Positions 1-11,199 of a DNA stretch of 64,000 nucleotides are shown here, one piece after another (position 1 is the first letter of the stretch; each line of letters opens with the position of its first letter). Location: contig NC_057728.1 in the NCBI RefSeq assembly GCF_004010195.1, forward strand, positions 54,594,719-54,658,718. The letters run 5' to 3'. The notes under the pieces are model-generated. The model was not told the origin of the DNA. It did not search any database and was given only the letters and a program-made list of their open reading frames with translations. Position numbers and translations under genes: made by a program. Origin of the DNA: Chiloscyllium plagiosum. Its lineage: Eukaryota.

Positions 1-1275
1 CTTTGGATTCTCCTTAATTCTATTTGCCAAAGTTATCTCATGTCCCCGTTTTGCCCTCCTGATTTCCCTCTTAAGTATACTCCTACTTTCTTTATACTCT
101 TCTAAGGATTCACTCAATCTATCCTGTCTGTACCTGACATATGCTTCCTTCTTTTTCTTAACCAATCACTTTAAATCTCAGCCCTTTAATTTTGTATTGT
201 CCCATCCTAGAGTAAGGACCTTGGCAATTCATCCTATCTATGCCAATCATGGTTTTATAAACCTCTGTAAGGTCACCCTCAGCCTTTGACACTTTCAGGG
301 AAAAAATGCCCCAGCCTACTCAGCCTCTCCCTTCAACTCAAATCCTCCAATCCCGGCAGCATCATTGCAAATCTTTTCAGTGCCCTCTCAAGTTTAATAA
401 CATCCTTCCTATAGAAGGGTGACCAGAATTGTATGTAGCATTCCAGAAGTGGCCTCATCAATGTCCTGTAAAGCTGCAACATGATGTCCCCACTCCTACA
501 CTCAATGTTCTGACTAATGAAGTCAAGCATGCCAAATGCTGACTTCACCGCCATCTCTACCTGCAACTCCACTTTCAAGGAACTATGAACCTGCAGCCCT
601 CGGTCACTTTGTTTGGCAACACTCCCCAGAACCCTATAAGCCCTGCCCTGATTCGCCTTATCAAAATACAACATCTCACATTTATCCACATTAAGCTTCA
701 TCTGCCACTCCTTGACCCATTAACCCATCTGATCGAGGTTGTGTTGTACTCTAGGATAATCGTCTTCACTGTCCACTATACCACCTATTTTGGTGTCATC
801 TGTAAACTTACTAGCTATGCCTGTTATGTTCACATCCAAATAATTTATATAAATGACTAAAAGTAGTGGACCCTGCTCTGGTCCTTGTGGAACACCGCTG
901 GTCACAGGCCTCCAGTCTGAAAAGCAACCCTCCACCACTACCCTCTGTCTCCTACCTTTGAGCCAATTTTATATTCCAATTAGCTAGGTTCCCCTGGATG
1001 TCATGTCATCTAACCTTACCAAAGAGCCTACCATGCAGAACCTTGTCGAATGCTTTGCTGAAGGCCACATAGACAATGTCTATCACTCTGCCTTCATCAA
1101 TCTTCATTGTCACCTCTTCAAAAAAACTCAATCAAGTTAGTGAGACAAGGTTTCCCATGCACAAAGTCATGTGGACTATCCCTAATCAGTCCTTTCCTTT
1201 CCAAATGCATGTAAATCCTGTCCTTCAGAATCGCCCCCAACAACTTGCCCACCAGCGACATAAGACTCACTGTCT
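1..1275 (-). mobile_element. CR1 LINE ORF2 fragments (RT and C-terminal region), decayed
   Basis: Minus-strand translations SDWRPVTSGVPQG, SKFTDDTKIGG and MLQLYRTLMRPLLECYIQFWSP are CR1 RT/C-terminal motifs. Bases 1-165 are a separate mid-ORF2 piece. Confidence 0.9.
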
Positions 1276-2129
1276 CATCTGACCAAAGTTATCTTTTTAC
1301 TTCTCTTGGGATATTGGCATCATTGACAAGGCTAGCATTTGTTGCCTCTCCCTAATTGCCCTTGAAGTTGAAAATGGTTTGATAGTCATTTCAGAGGGCA
1401 GCTAGCCTTCACCTTCACCTTCATCTACATTGTTCTAGGTCTGGAGTCACATGTCGGGCAGCCCAGATAAGGATGGCAGACTTCCTTCCCTGAGTCTTTC
1501 TGACAATTGATGATGGTTTCATGGTCATCATCACTGAGACTGGCTTTTGATTCTTGTTTTTTTCATTAATTGATTTCATTTCCATCAGCTTCTTATCCAG
1601 AGAGCATTAGATTAGATTAGTTTTGATTCGCTACAATGTGGAAACAGGCCCTTCGGCCCAACAAGTCCACACCAATCTTCTGAAGAGTAGCCCACCAGGA
1701 CACTGCCATTTGCCATCATCTCCCCATGTATGTCCTTATGTGGCTCACTGTCAATTTTTCCAGATAATCCTGCTGCAAAATAGCTTGGGATATTGAAGTT
1801 GTCCTTCCCATTCAAAATCCAAACCTCAACATTTACTCCCTCCGCCACTGATGTTGTGGGGGGTGTGTACCATCTAAAGATGCATTGCAATGATTCACTG
1901 AGGCTGCTTCAAAACCCACAAATTTAACAACAAACGAGGACAAGCATGGCAGATGCATGGGGATACCATCACCTACAAGATTCCCTCCAAGCCACATTCC
2001 ATCCTGTCTTGGAAATATGTTGTTGCTGTCACTGCCATTATATTATTCCACAGATCTCAACAAGGCTCTGCGTCTTTAACACCAATAGATGACATCACGA
2101 CATGTGATCTCTGGTGTAAAGATTTACAG

Positions 2130-2540
2130 AGACAAAAAAACTGCAGATGCTGGAGTCCGAAGTGGACAAGCAGGAGGCTGGAAGAACACAGCAAACCAGG
2201 CAGCACCAGGAGAAGGAGATGTTTGGGTATAACCCTTCTTTAGGAATGGAGGTGGGGTTAGGGGGGGAGGTGCAGATAAAGAGAAGGGTTATGGGTGGGG
2301 AGAGGGGCAGAATGTGAGGTGGTGATAGGTGAACACAGGTGCTAGGTACGACACGGTTGGTCAATAGGAGAAATTAATCCGGGTTGGTAGCTGGAAGGAA
2401 GGGTCAGTCGGAGAGATGGAAGGGAGGGGGAGAGGCTGGAAAGGGAGTTGGGGATGGGTGGAAAGGTTATTTGAAATTGGAGAACTCAATGCTGAGTCCT
2501 CCAGACTGTAGGCTGCCTGTAAAAGATTTAAAAGCAGTCT
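2130..2540 (-). mobile_element. Penelope-like element terminal (pLTR) fragment
   Basis: ctgcagatgctgga...ctggaagaacacagca...aggcagca matches the PLE terminal family at 29386, 38585 and 52073. A degenerate hammerhead core lies near 2217-2243. Confidence 0.65.
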
Positions 2541-2602
2541 GTTCAAATCTTGTTGGTACAGTTCAGTTCACATGGTTAATTATGTGTTTAGTCTGAGTAA
2601 TG

Positions 2603-3185
2603 GGGGAGGCAATGGTGGAGTGTGATTGACACTGGCTGGTATCCAGAAACCCAGGTCATTCTCCAAGGATCTGGGTTTGAATGTCACCACAGCAGATGGT
2701 GGAACTTGAATATAAAAAAAATCTGCAAGTAGAAGTTTAATATTAACCATGAAACTATTTTAGTTCACTCTAGATTACTTACAGTGTGGATACAGGCCCT
2801 TCAGCCCAGCAAGTCCGCACCAACCTGCCGAAGTGCAACCCACCCAGACCCATTCCCCTACATTTACCCCGTCACCTAACACTACGGGCAATTTAGCACG
2901 GCCAATTCACCTAACCTGCACATTTTTGGATTGTGGGAGGAAACCGGAGCACCCGGAGGAAACCCACGCAGACACGGGGAGAACGTGCAAACTCCACACA
3001 GTCAGTCGCCTGAGATGGGAATTGAACCCGGGTCTCTGGCGCTGTGAGGCAGCAGTGCTAACCATTTCTCTAGTCCTTTCTGGGAGGAAAACTGCTAGCC
3101 TGTATGTGACTCCAAAATGACAGCGGTGTAGTTGACTGTGAAATGCCCTTTGAAATGGCCCAGCAAACCAACTAGTTTGAAAAGT
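2603..3185 (+). mobile_element. tRNA-derived SINE (family also at 1300-1590, 40125-40530, 46940-47150, 48350-49440), interrupted by an HE1 SINE
   Basis: tRNA-like head (gtgg.gtg...actgg...atccaga...gggtttgaat) and shared body (accatgaaact...ggaaa.ctgc...atgtgactcca). The two halves flank the HE1 copy. Confidence 0.65.
2771..3064 (-). mobile_element. HE1-type V-SINE
   Basis: Reverse complement reads tggttagcactgctgcctcacagcgccagagacccgggttcaattc...gtgggtttcctccgggtgctccggtttcctccca...gggcctgt and ends in an (aatct)n tail. Confidence 0.88.
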
Positions 3186-3259
3186 CTCACTAAAGGAATG
3201 AAAATGATTGAACAGCTGATTTCTCCATCCTGCATCCCCTCATCTGATGAATCAGCAAC

Positions 3260-4010
3260 ACTCGCCTCCTGTCTCCTGAAAGCCTGTCCACCATCCAAAG
3301 GCACAGATCAGGAGTGTGATGGAATATTTGTCTCTTGTTAGTGCACCTCCAACAGCCCTCAAAAAGCTTGACGCCATTCAGGACACAGCAGCCTGCTTGA
3401 TTGGCAGCAAATCCATGAACATACACTCTCTTCATCAACAATTCTCAGTAGTAGCAGGGTGGAGCAACTACAACAGGCACTGCTGAAATTGATGAAGGAG
3501 CCTTAGACAGTAAACCTGCAATCACTACCATCTAGAAGGACAAGAGCAGCAGATACAAGGGATCACCACCACCAGCCAGTTCCCCTCCAAGCCACTCACC
3601 ATCCTGACTAGGAAATATATTGCCATTCCCTCAGTGTGGCTGGATGGGCAATAAATGTTGGCACAGACAGCAAGGCCCATATCCCGTGAATGAATCTAAT
3701 TCAGCCTAGAACACTGACTGTACATGTAGTCTGAGATACTATATCAGCGTACATAGTCAGTGCTATTAATCAACTTGAAGACACCTGTCTGAATGAGATT
3801 GCAGCCATTGTGGTACCTGCCATAAAGGCAAACATATAGAAACCACCATCAGCTGGGTCAAAATCCTGGAACTTGCATCCTAACAGTACTGTGTGGGCAC
3901 CTACACCAGATTGGCAGTAGCCATTCCCTGCCATCTTTGCAAGGACATTTAAAAATGAGCAAGAATGCTGGCCTTGCCAATGTTGCCAACATTCCATGAA
4001 GAAAGTCAAC
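3260..4010 (+). mobile_element. 3' fragments of a second non-LTR LINE family (CR1/L2 group)
   Basis: Same sequence as 42060-42850 and 57300-57730 (agaaggacaagggcagcag...ttcccctccaagccactcaccatcctgacttggaaatat...gggtcaaaatcctggaac). Confidence 0.7.
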
Positions 4011-5044
4011 AAAAGAGTAAATGTGAGTAGTTGATGTCTTTAGATCTGGTGCAGTCGCTATGGCACAGTCTGTGGCCTCATGGACTGTATCAATTCTGGT
4101 GGTATGGGCTGTGGGCAATGTTGAGCATTTTCTAATCAATCTGATCGGAGATGTTACAACATACCTCTGAGCTCGGTGGGACTTGAACTTATGGCAGCCT
4201 GGTCCAGAAGTAGGGACACTACCACTGTGAAAGAAGAGTCCTTTGTTCTACGCTAATTAATTTCTAACCAACCTGTTGCAAGATCTTCTTGCACACACCT
4301 GCAGCAGACCAGACTTGAACATCAGTCTCCCAGCTCTGAGGTAGGAACACTACCGCTACACCACAAGAGGCAACTTTCTACTATGCTATCCAAATCCTCT
4401 TCATTTGCAGCACCTTTCAGAAAGGCCAAGGAAAGCTATTGCCCACCTAATGTCTGATGGTGGGAATATTACCTCGACAGCCTCCTGAATGATAGGATGC
4501 AATACAATGAAGAGTAACAACTGAGAAAATCCAATATGTTTAAATTAAAAGTAAAAGTAAAGAAAGTTGCAGAAAAATATCAAGATCCCAGACAGGTTTA
4601 AAGGAGATAAAATTAAGTATTTAAAATAGTGGTGGAATTGGATTCTGATAATTATTTGAGGTGGGTAAGAGTGAAAGTTACAAAGAAAGAGAATGTAAAG
4701 AAAATTGTTTTATTTCATGATTTGGAGATGCCGGTGTTGGACTGGGGTGTACAAAGTTAAAAATCACACAACACCAGGTTATAGTCCAACAGGTTTAATT
4801 GGAAGCACTATCTTTTGGAGCGCTGCTCCTTCATCAGGTAGCTGTAGAGGACACAATTGTAAGACACAGAATTTATAGCAAAAGTTTACAGTGTGATGTA
4901 ACTGAAATTATACATTGAAAAATACCTTGATTGTTTGTTGAGTCTCTAGTCTGTTAGAATGACCATGGTAGTTTCACTTCTTTCATATGTAAATCACAAA
5001 ACTTTTTTTATAAGTTACATTCTCAGGTTAACTCTAACAATTGG

Positions 5045-5272
5045 TCGGGACAGTGATTTCTCAATTTCCTGGTCTTAAAACGAGGACAACGAGATTCTCT
5101 TTCATGTACTCTTCAGGCCCAACATGTTAAGTAAACATGAAACACAATTTCCCTCCAATTGGAGGGAAATTGTGTTTCATGTTTACTTAACATGTTGGGC
5201 CTGAAGAGTACATGAAAGAAAATCTCGTTGTCCTCGTTTTAAGACCAGGAAATTGAGAAATCACTGTCCCGA
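5045..5272. repeat. 228-bp spacer-less palindrome
   Basis: Two 114-bp arms centred on ctccaa|ttggag (5158/5159), with one mismatch (C5097/A5220). Confidence 0.97.
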
Positions 5273-5941
5273 ACAGTATTACTGTGTGCTGAGGTCGTAA
5301 TAGAGTGAGTTTTCTTGGTGGGATATAAATCCATTGAATCCTTTAACAATTGGTGTCAGCCCAGATATGTTGAAGGTGTTAGCCCCCTGTGTGCTGTTGT
5401 CTGTACCATAATGTTTAGACTGATTCTAATCTAAAAAATGAGTTAACAGAGTCTTACATGAATTATTGCAGTTTTTGAGCAATGTACATTGTAACTCTGC
5501 AAGTACAAATTCAACCCACAAACGTATATGTGTATGTGTGCATATGGGTGTGTGTGTATGTGTGTGTGTCTGGAGTGGCGGGTTGTGAGTGTCTGTGAGA
5601 AAGAGTGTATATGTGTGTGTGTGAGTGTAAAGGGGTCTAAGTCTGTGAGACAGTGCATTTGTGAGTGTGGGAGTGTGAGTGTCTGTAGGAGTGTGCGTGA
5701 GTGTCTGTGTGCGTGTCTGTGTATAGGAGTGTCTGTGTGGGAGTGTCAGTGTGTAGGAGTGTCTGTGTGTGTATATAGTGCAATGGTGGTCACCTATAGT
5801 GTGACATGAACCCAAGGTCCCGGTTGAGGCCCCCCCTATGGGTACCGAACTTAGCTACCAGCCTCTGCTCGGCCACTTTTTGCTGCTGCCTGTCCCAAAG
5901 TCCGCCTCGGAGGATGGTCACCCAAAGGTCTGAGCTCCTTC

Positions 5942-5970
5942 CTGATGAAGGAGCGTCGCTCCGAAAGCTA
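5942..5970 (+). ncRNA. Minimal hammerhead ribozyme motif (PLE terminal repeat)
   Basis: CTGATGA-a-GGAGC-gtc-GCTCC-GAAA-GC-TA: intact core, 5-bp stem II and a palindromic AGCT minimal stem III. Confidence 0.7.
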
Positions 5971-6105
5971 GTGCTTCCAATTAAACCTGTTGGACTATAA
6001 CCTGGTGTTGTGTGATTTTTAACTTTATTTTATTTCAGGTTACCTTCCATTAGATCATTTCTCTGCACATTACTGGTCTTTGGCACCATCTGGTGGATTT
6101 GAGTT

Positions 6106-6272
6106 AAAAATCACACGACACCAGGTTATAGTCCAACAGGTTTATTTGGATGTACAAGCTTTTGCAGTGCTCCGAAAGCTAGTGTTTCCAAATAAACCTG
6201 TTGGACTATAACCTGGTGTTGTGTGGTTTTTAACTTTGTCCACCCCAGTCCAACACCAGCACCTCCACATCA
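6106..6272. mobile_element. Short fold-back PLE-derived element with 15-bp TSD
   Basis: Inverted arms (aaaatcacac.acaccaggttatagtccaacaggtttatttgga / tccaaataaacctgttggactataacctggtgttgtgtg). tggtggatttgagtt is duplicated at 6091-6105 and 6273-6287. Confidence 0.85.
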
Positions 6273-7049
6273 TGGTGGATTTGAGTTTGCTTACATAATT
6301 GAAGATACCTGAATCAAAGGGCTAAAAATTGGAGTTATACAGCTTTTGGGCATTGGCATCAGATTATGTGCCCCTTCCTGTTGATGCAGACAGCGCACAG
6401 ACCGCGATTTACACTCATCCCTAACCCTACATGCTGGGGAATGCCTTTTCAGTGTGTAATATATCTTTAAGAACACAATGTGCTGGGGAGAATTCTGAAA
6501 GAGGATATTTTTCTTTGCCCGATTATGATATTATGATCTCAGAAATTTTCATCTGACCTGGGGTTGCCATAGTGATGGGCAGCAAAGAAGCAAAGGGTAA
6601 GCTAATTGCATGTTCTTGGGCCTTTCAAACATCCTTGTTGCAGTGAATGCAGGACCATTGGGATAAAAGCGAAATGATTCGGATTGTGGAGATTTGAAAT
6701 GAAAACAAAGTATTGGAAAAGTCTCCCAGCATCTTGGAGAGAGGGCTAAAGAAAATCCCTACAACACTGGGAATTGTTGCAAAGAAAAACTGGGCTCTCT
6801 CCAAAGGGCGAAGTTTTGTGTTTAGCAGTCTTCAAACAGATACTGGTATTGAAGCAGTTCTCTGAGAATATAATGGAGATTATGTTACTGTTGTGTTATA
6901 CAGTTGGAAAGAACAGAATAAAGATAGAAAGAGCAAGAGATCAGGAATTCTATAATACAGATTGCTGCTGTTTTGGTGTTGCCTCAATGCACCAGAAGTC
7001 TTTGGACATTCTGCATCACCAGGAAACTTATGACCTGTGTAAGAAAAGG

Positions 7050-7440
7050 TGGCTAAGGAAATTCAGCATGTCCTTAAACACTTTTGCCAATTTTTATAGA
7101 TGCGCCATTTGAAAAGTTCTATCCAAATACATCACGGCTTGGTGTGGCAACTGTTCTGCCCAGGACCGTAAGGAACTACAGAGAATTGTGAACGTAGCCC
7201 AATCCATCACGCAAACAGCTGTCCATTCACTGACTCCATATACACTTCTCACTGCCTCAGGAAGTTAGCCAACATCATCAAAGACCCCTCCCAACCCAGT
7301 TATAAATGCTTCCAACCTCTTCCATCAGGTAAAAGATACAAACGTTTAAACACACATACCAATTGATTCCAGAACAGCTTCTTCCCTGCTGTTATTAGAT
7401 TTCTGAATTGACCTCTCAAATTTAAATTTAATATTGATCT
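7050..7440 (+). mobile_element. Rex1/Babar-type LINE 3' fragment
   Basis: Degenerate translation LRKFSMS..TFANFYRCAI...ITAW.GNCSAQDRKELQR...NIIKDPS.P...FQPLPSGKRY...NSFFPAVIR is typical of Rex1/Babar C-termini. Confidence 0.75.
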
Positions 7441-7475
7441 CGCTCTTTGTGCACCTTCTCTGCAGCTGTGTCCTT

Positions 7476-8652
7476 CAAAGTTTGCGCGAAGACTTGTAGC
7501 TCGGGTGCTCATTGTTGTGGTTCTGTTCGCCAAGCTGGGAATTTGTGTTGCAGACGTTTTGTCCCCTGTCTAGGTGACATCCTCAGTGCTTGGGAGCCTC
7601 CTGTGAAGCGCTTCTGTGATGTTTCCTCTGGCATTTATAGTGATTTGTCTCTGCCGCTTCCGGTTGTCAGTTCCAGCTGTCCGCTGTAGTGGTCGGTACA
7701 TTGGCTCCAGGTCGATGTGCTTATTGATTGAATCTGTGGATGAATGCCATGCCTCTAGGAATTCCCTGGCTGTTCTCTGTTTGGCTTGTCCTATAATAGT
7801 AGTGTTGTCCCAGTCAAATTCATTTGTAATCGTTAAAAACACAGAAATAGGGAACACACACCGAATCATCAACGCCACACTCACAGGAATCCGATTCACG
7901 AGAGAGGAAGAAAAGGACAACCAACTCCCATTCCTAGACGTGATGGTACAGAGAACACCTAATGGAGAATTCACCACAAAAGTATACAAGGGAGCCACAC
8001 ACACAGGCCAAGTCCTGAACTACGAAAGCAACCACCCCAACACACACAAACGAAGTTGCATCAAGACACTATTCAAAAGGGCCACAACACACTGCAGCAC
8101 TAGGACTCATAACAGCACACAAACCAACAGCCACTCTCAGACAACAACTCACCAGAACGAAGGACCCGATACCCAGCATGAGCAAAACTAATGTGGTGTA
8201 AAAAATCCCATGCAAGGACTGCACAAAACACTACATAGGACAAACAGGAAGACAGCTAATGATCCGCATCCATGAACACCAACTAGCCACAAAACGACAC
8301 GTCCAGCTATCCCTAGTAGCCACACACACAGATGACAAGCAACATGAGTTCGACTGGGACAACACTACTATTATAGGACAAGCCAAACAGAGAACAGCCA
8401 GGGAATTCCTGGAGGCATGGCATTCATCCACAGATTCTATCAATAAGCACATCGACCTGGAGCCAATGTACCGACCACTGCAACGGACAGCTGGAACTGA
8501 CAACCGGAAGCGGCAGATTCAAACCACTACAAATGCTGGAGGAAACATCACAGAAGTGCTTCACAGGAGGCTCCCAAGCACTGAGGATGTCACCTAGACA
8601 GGGGACGAAACGTCTGCAACACAAATTCCCAGCTCGGTGAACAGAACCACAA
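7476..8652 (+). mobile_element. Penelope-like element (RT C-terminus + GIY-YIG), 5'-truncated, with an inverted terminal copy
   Basis: IRFTREEEKDNQLPFLDVMV...TKVYK (RT thumb), NVV*KIPCKDCTKHYIGQTGR (GIY-YIG) and AREFLEAWHS. 7476-7825 is an inverted copy of the 3' end. Near-TSD cagctgtg(t)tcctt at 7463-7475 and 8653-8666. Confidence 0.9.
8578..8617 (+). ncRNA. Minimal type-I hammerhead ribozyme motif
   Basis: GCA-CTGAGGA-t-GTCacct-agac-agggGAC-GAAA-CG-TC-TGC: stem I GCA/TGC, intact core and a palindromic ACGT stem III. Confidence 0.72.
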
Positions 8653-8699
8653 CAGCTGTGTTCCTTGTTCAGTCCTTGTGGAGACAAAGTCCCACCTTC

Positions 8700-9300
8700 A
8701 CATTGAGAATGACCTCCATCATGTCATGTGGCACCATCACTGTGCATTCTTGCGGTGCAGGGGGCCATTAGCAGCAGTAGAATTGTACTCCAACACAAGC
8801 TGCAACCTCTTACTCAATTATTACCATCAAGCCAGGGATCCACCCTGGTTCAATGGAGGGTGCAGGAGGGCATGCCAGAAACAGCATGCCTAAAAATGAG
8901 ATGTCAACCTGATGAAGCTACCAGAGAGGACTACTTGAATTCCAAATAATATAAGCAGCAAGTGTTACACAGAGCTAAGTGATCCCACAATCAATGGATC
9001 AGATCTGAGCTCTGCAGTCCTGCCACATCTAGTCATAAATGATGGTGGACAAATAAACAACTCACTGGAGAAGGAGGCTGGACAAATAACCCCATGTTCA
9101 ATGATGGAAGAGTCCAACACATCAGTGCAAAAAGGCTGAAGCTCTCATAGCAATCTTCAGCCAGGTACGCCCCAGTGGATGATCCAATCGGCCTCCTCTA
9201 GTGGTCCCCAACCTTGCAGGTACCAGTCTTCAGCCAGGTTGATTTACTCCACGTGGTATCCCGAGGTACGGGCGACTGCAGAGGCTATGGGTGCTGACAA
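8700..9300 (+). mobile_element. Decayed non-LTR LINE internal fragment
   Basis: accatcaagccaggga.ccaccctggttcaatgg (TIKP...PWFN) and WWTNKQLTG...PMFNDG resemble the region between EN and RT of CR1/L2-group ORF2. Confidence 0.6.
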
Positions 9301-10997
9301 TACTCCATGGATAGAGGTTTAAAATGTATGAACTCATGACCATTATATTGCAAGCACTAATTTGCAACTTGTCAAGTCAGATGAGTAACTGATGAAAGCA
9401 ATCTTTTTAAGAGCTGAATCTATTTCTGAAACCTATTACACAAACACATTACATAGCTCAGATGAGAGGACAGTACTCACAGTCACAGACCTCAGAGGTC
9501 CTTGTAGGGACAACACATTGACCTCCTTGGGAAGCCTCCATCCACATTGTGTGAGATCATACCAAGAGGCTTCATTGTAATGGAAATGAGGGCTCAGTTC
9601 CTTCAGTAAAACTTGTATTATCTCTCATATTCCCGGTAGATTATACTCTCATCAATTTTACATTGTGGCCTTGGTGTAACCCCAAATGCAATGTAGGAAG
9701 TGATAGGGATTACAAACTTATGAGCAGGTCCAACAAGAACAGTAAGATTCAGCAGCTGCTGCACCTTCTCCAGAGGGAGAAACAAGATGGGGAGATCCAG
9801 CAAGGAAGGGGAGAAGGGATCTATAGGTCCCACTGTCATTCATTTCAACTCTGAGGGACAGTGCCAGCACTGATTGAACATATCCTGGCCCGTCAACTCT
9901 GAACTGCATAATCTTCTGGAGTAGGATTTGTACTGAGAAGGCTGGATGAGAGTTTTATCTTGGTGATGGTCAAAGTCATTGTTGCCCTGACTGTTTATGT
10001 CAACAGCTGGAGAAACCGGTGACCTGCTGGGGCATCTCTCAATCCTTGACAGACAAGTGCATCCAGTGTGCAACTGGTGCCATTTTCCCCAGAATATTGT
10101 GTTTACATCCTTTCTCCATGACAAGGAGGGTCAGGCAGACTGGGCAATGAGTTTCGTCACCATTTCTTACCTCAAGTGCTATAGACTGCCCTCATGGAGC
10201 TTTGAGAGCACCTTTATCACCAAATCCACAGAAACAACTTCAACACCATCAATGTCCAAATTATATGTGAGGAGCCAAGGAAAAGTCATTGGACTCGAAA
10301 GGTTAACTCTGTTTCTCCACAGATGCTGCCAGACTTCCTGAGTCTCACACAACGCTTTCCACTTTTATATCAGATCTCCAATGTCTGCAGTACTTTTCTT
10401 TGATTTTCAATCCTGAGGGTTGTGAAGTGAAGTCTTTCACGATAGCCAGAAGAGGGGAATCTTGAGGCATTTTATATTGACACTTCTATAATCAACAATC
10501 CTTGAACGTTTCAGAGTGCAGGTCAAATTGCCCAGAAATGCTTGAACATCCATCGGACAATGTTGATTCTGTGAGAGGCTGCTCCTAGTGCAGGGGTCTG
10601 CAGAGAAAAGCTGTATAGTGAAGGAGAGCAGACACACAAATTGTCTTTAGTACTTATCCCAGATTTGAATAGCAACACACTCTGATGGAAAACAGATATA
10701 TAAAATAAACCGTTCTCAGCAGAGGTGTGTGAAATCAACACTAATTCCATACTCTGACTCACAAGGTGAGTGTTTGTGTACAATGATGTGGCAAGCCAGG
10801 CTTTAGCGAAATCTCAACACATTTTGTTCAGGCTCAGTCTTATCCACTTGAAGGTTCGATGCCCAGGCTGTGGTCCTCAATGTCACGGTGAACCAGCATT
10901 CTCATACAGAACTTGAAGGTGATACTGATCACAAGAACTGGAACTTATATTCAAACAAATACGAGAAAGGAAACTAATTCAGAACCTCCCCTTCAGA

Positions 10998-11181
10998 ATT
11001 AGATTACTTACAGTGTGGAAACAGGCCCTTCGGCCCAACAAGTCCACACCGCCCCGCCGATGCGCAAACCACCCATACTCCTTACCTAACACTACGGGCA
11101 ATTTTAGCACAGCCAATTCACCTGACCTGCACATCTTTGGACTGTGGGAGGAAACCGGAGCACCCAGAGGAAACCCACGCA
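10998..11181 (-). mobile_element. HE1-type V-SINE, 5'-truncated
   Basis: Tail ttagattacttacagtgtggaaacaggcccttcggcccaacaagtcc and V-domain ggaggaaaccggagcacccagaggaaacccacgcag. Confidence 0.85.
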
Positions 11182-11199
11182 GTGCTGTCCTCACTTTCT

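Larger units (their letters stand above)
4718..6027. mobile_element. PLE-derived element with inverted termini, internal TG-rich tract and 10-bp TSD
   Basis: 4758-4838 is the reverse complement of ~5940-6025. Direct repeat ttttatttca at 4708-4717 and 6028-6037. Hammerhead core at 5942-5970. Confidence 0.8.

Noticed and set aside
7550..7590. Hammerhead motifs at 4805-4838, 7550-7590, ~45172, ~53354 and ~61678
   Set aside because: The core or stem II is mutated (AAAA for GAAA, GTGATGA for CTGATGA, broken stem), so they are not listed as intact.
9350..10260. Possible very old RTE-like LINE fragment on the minus strand
   Set aside because: Only vague similarity; no clean RT motif that I can support.
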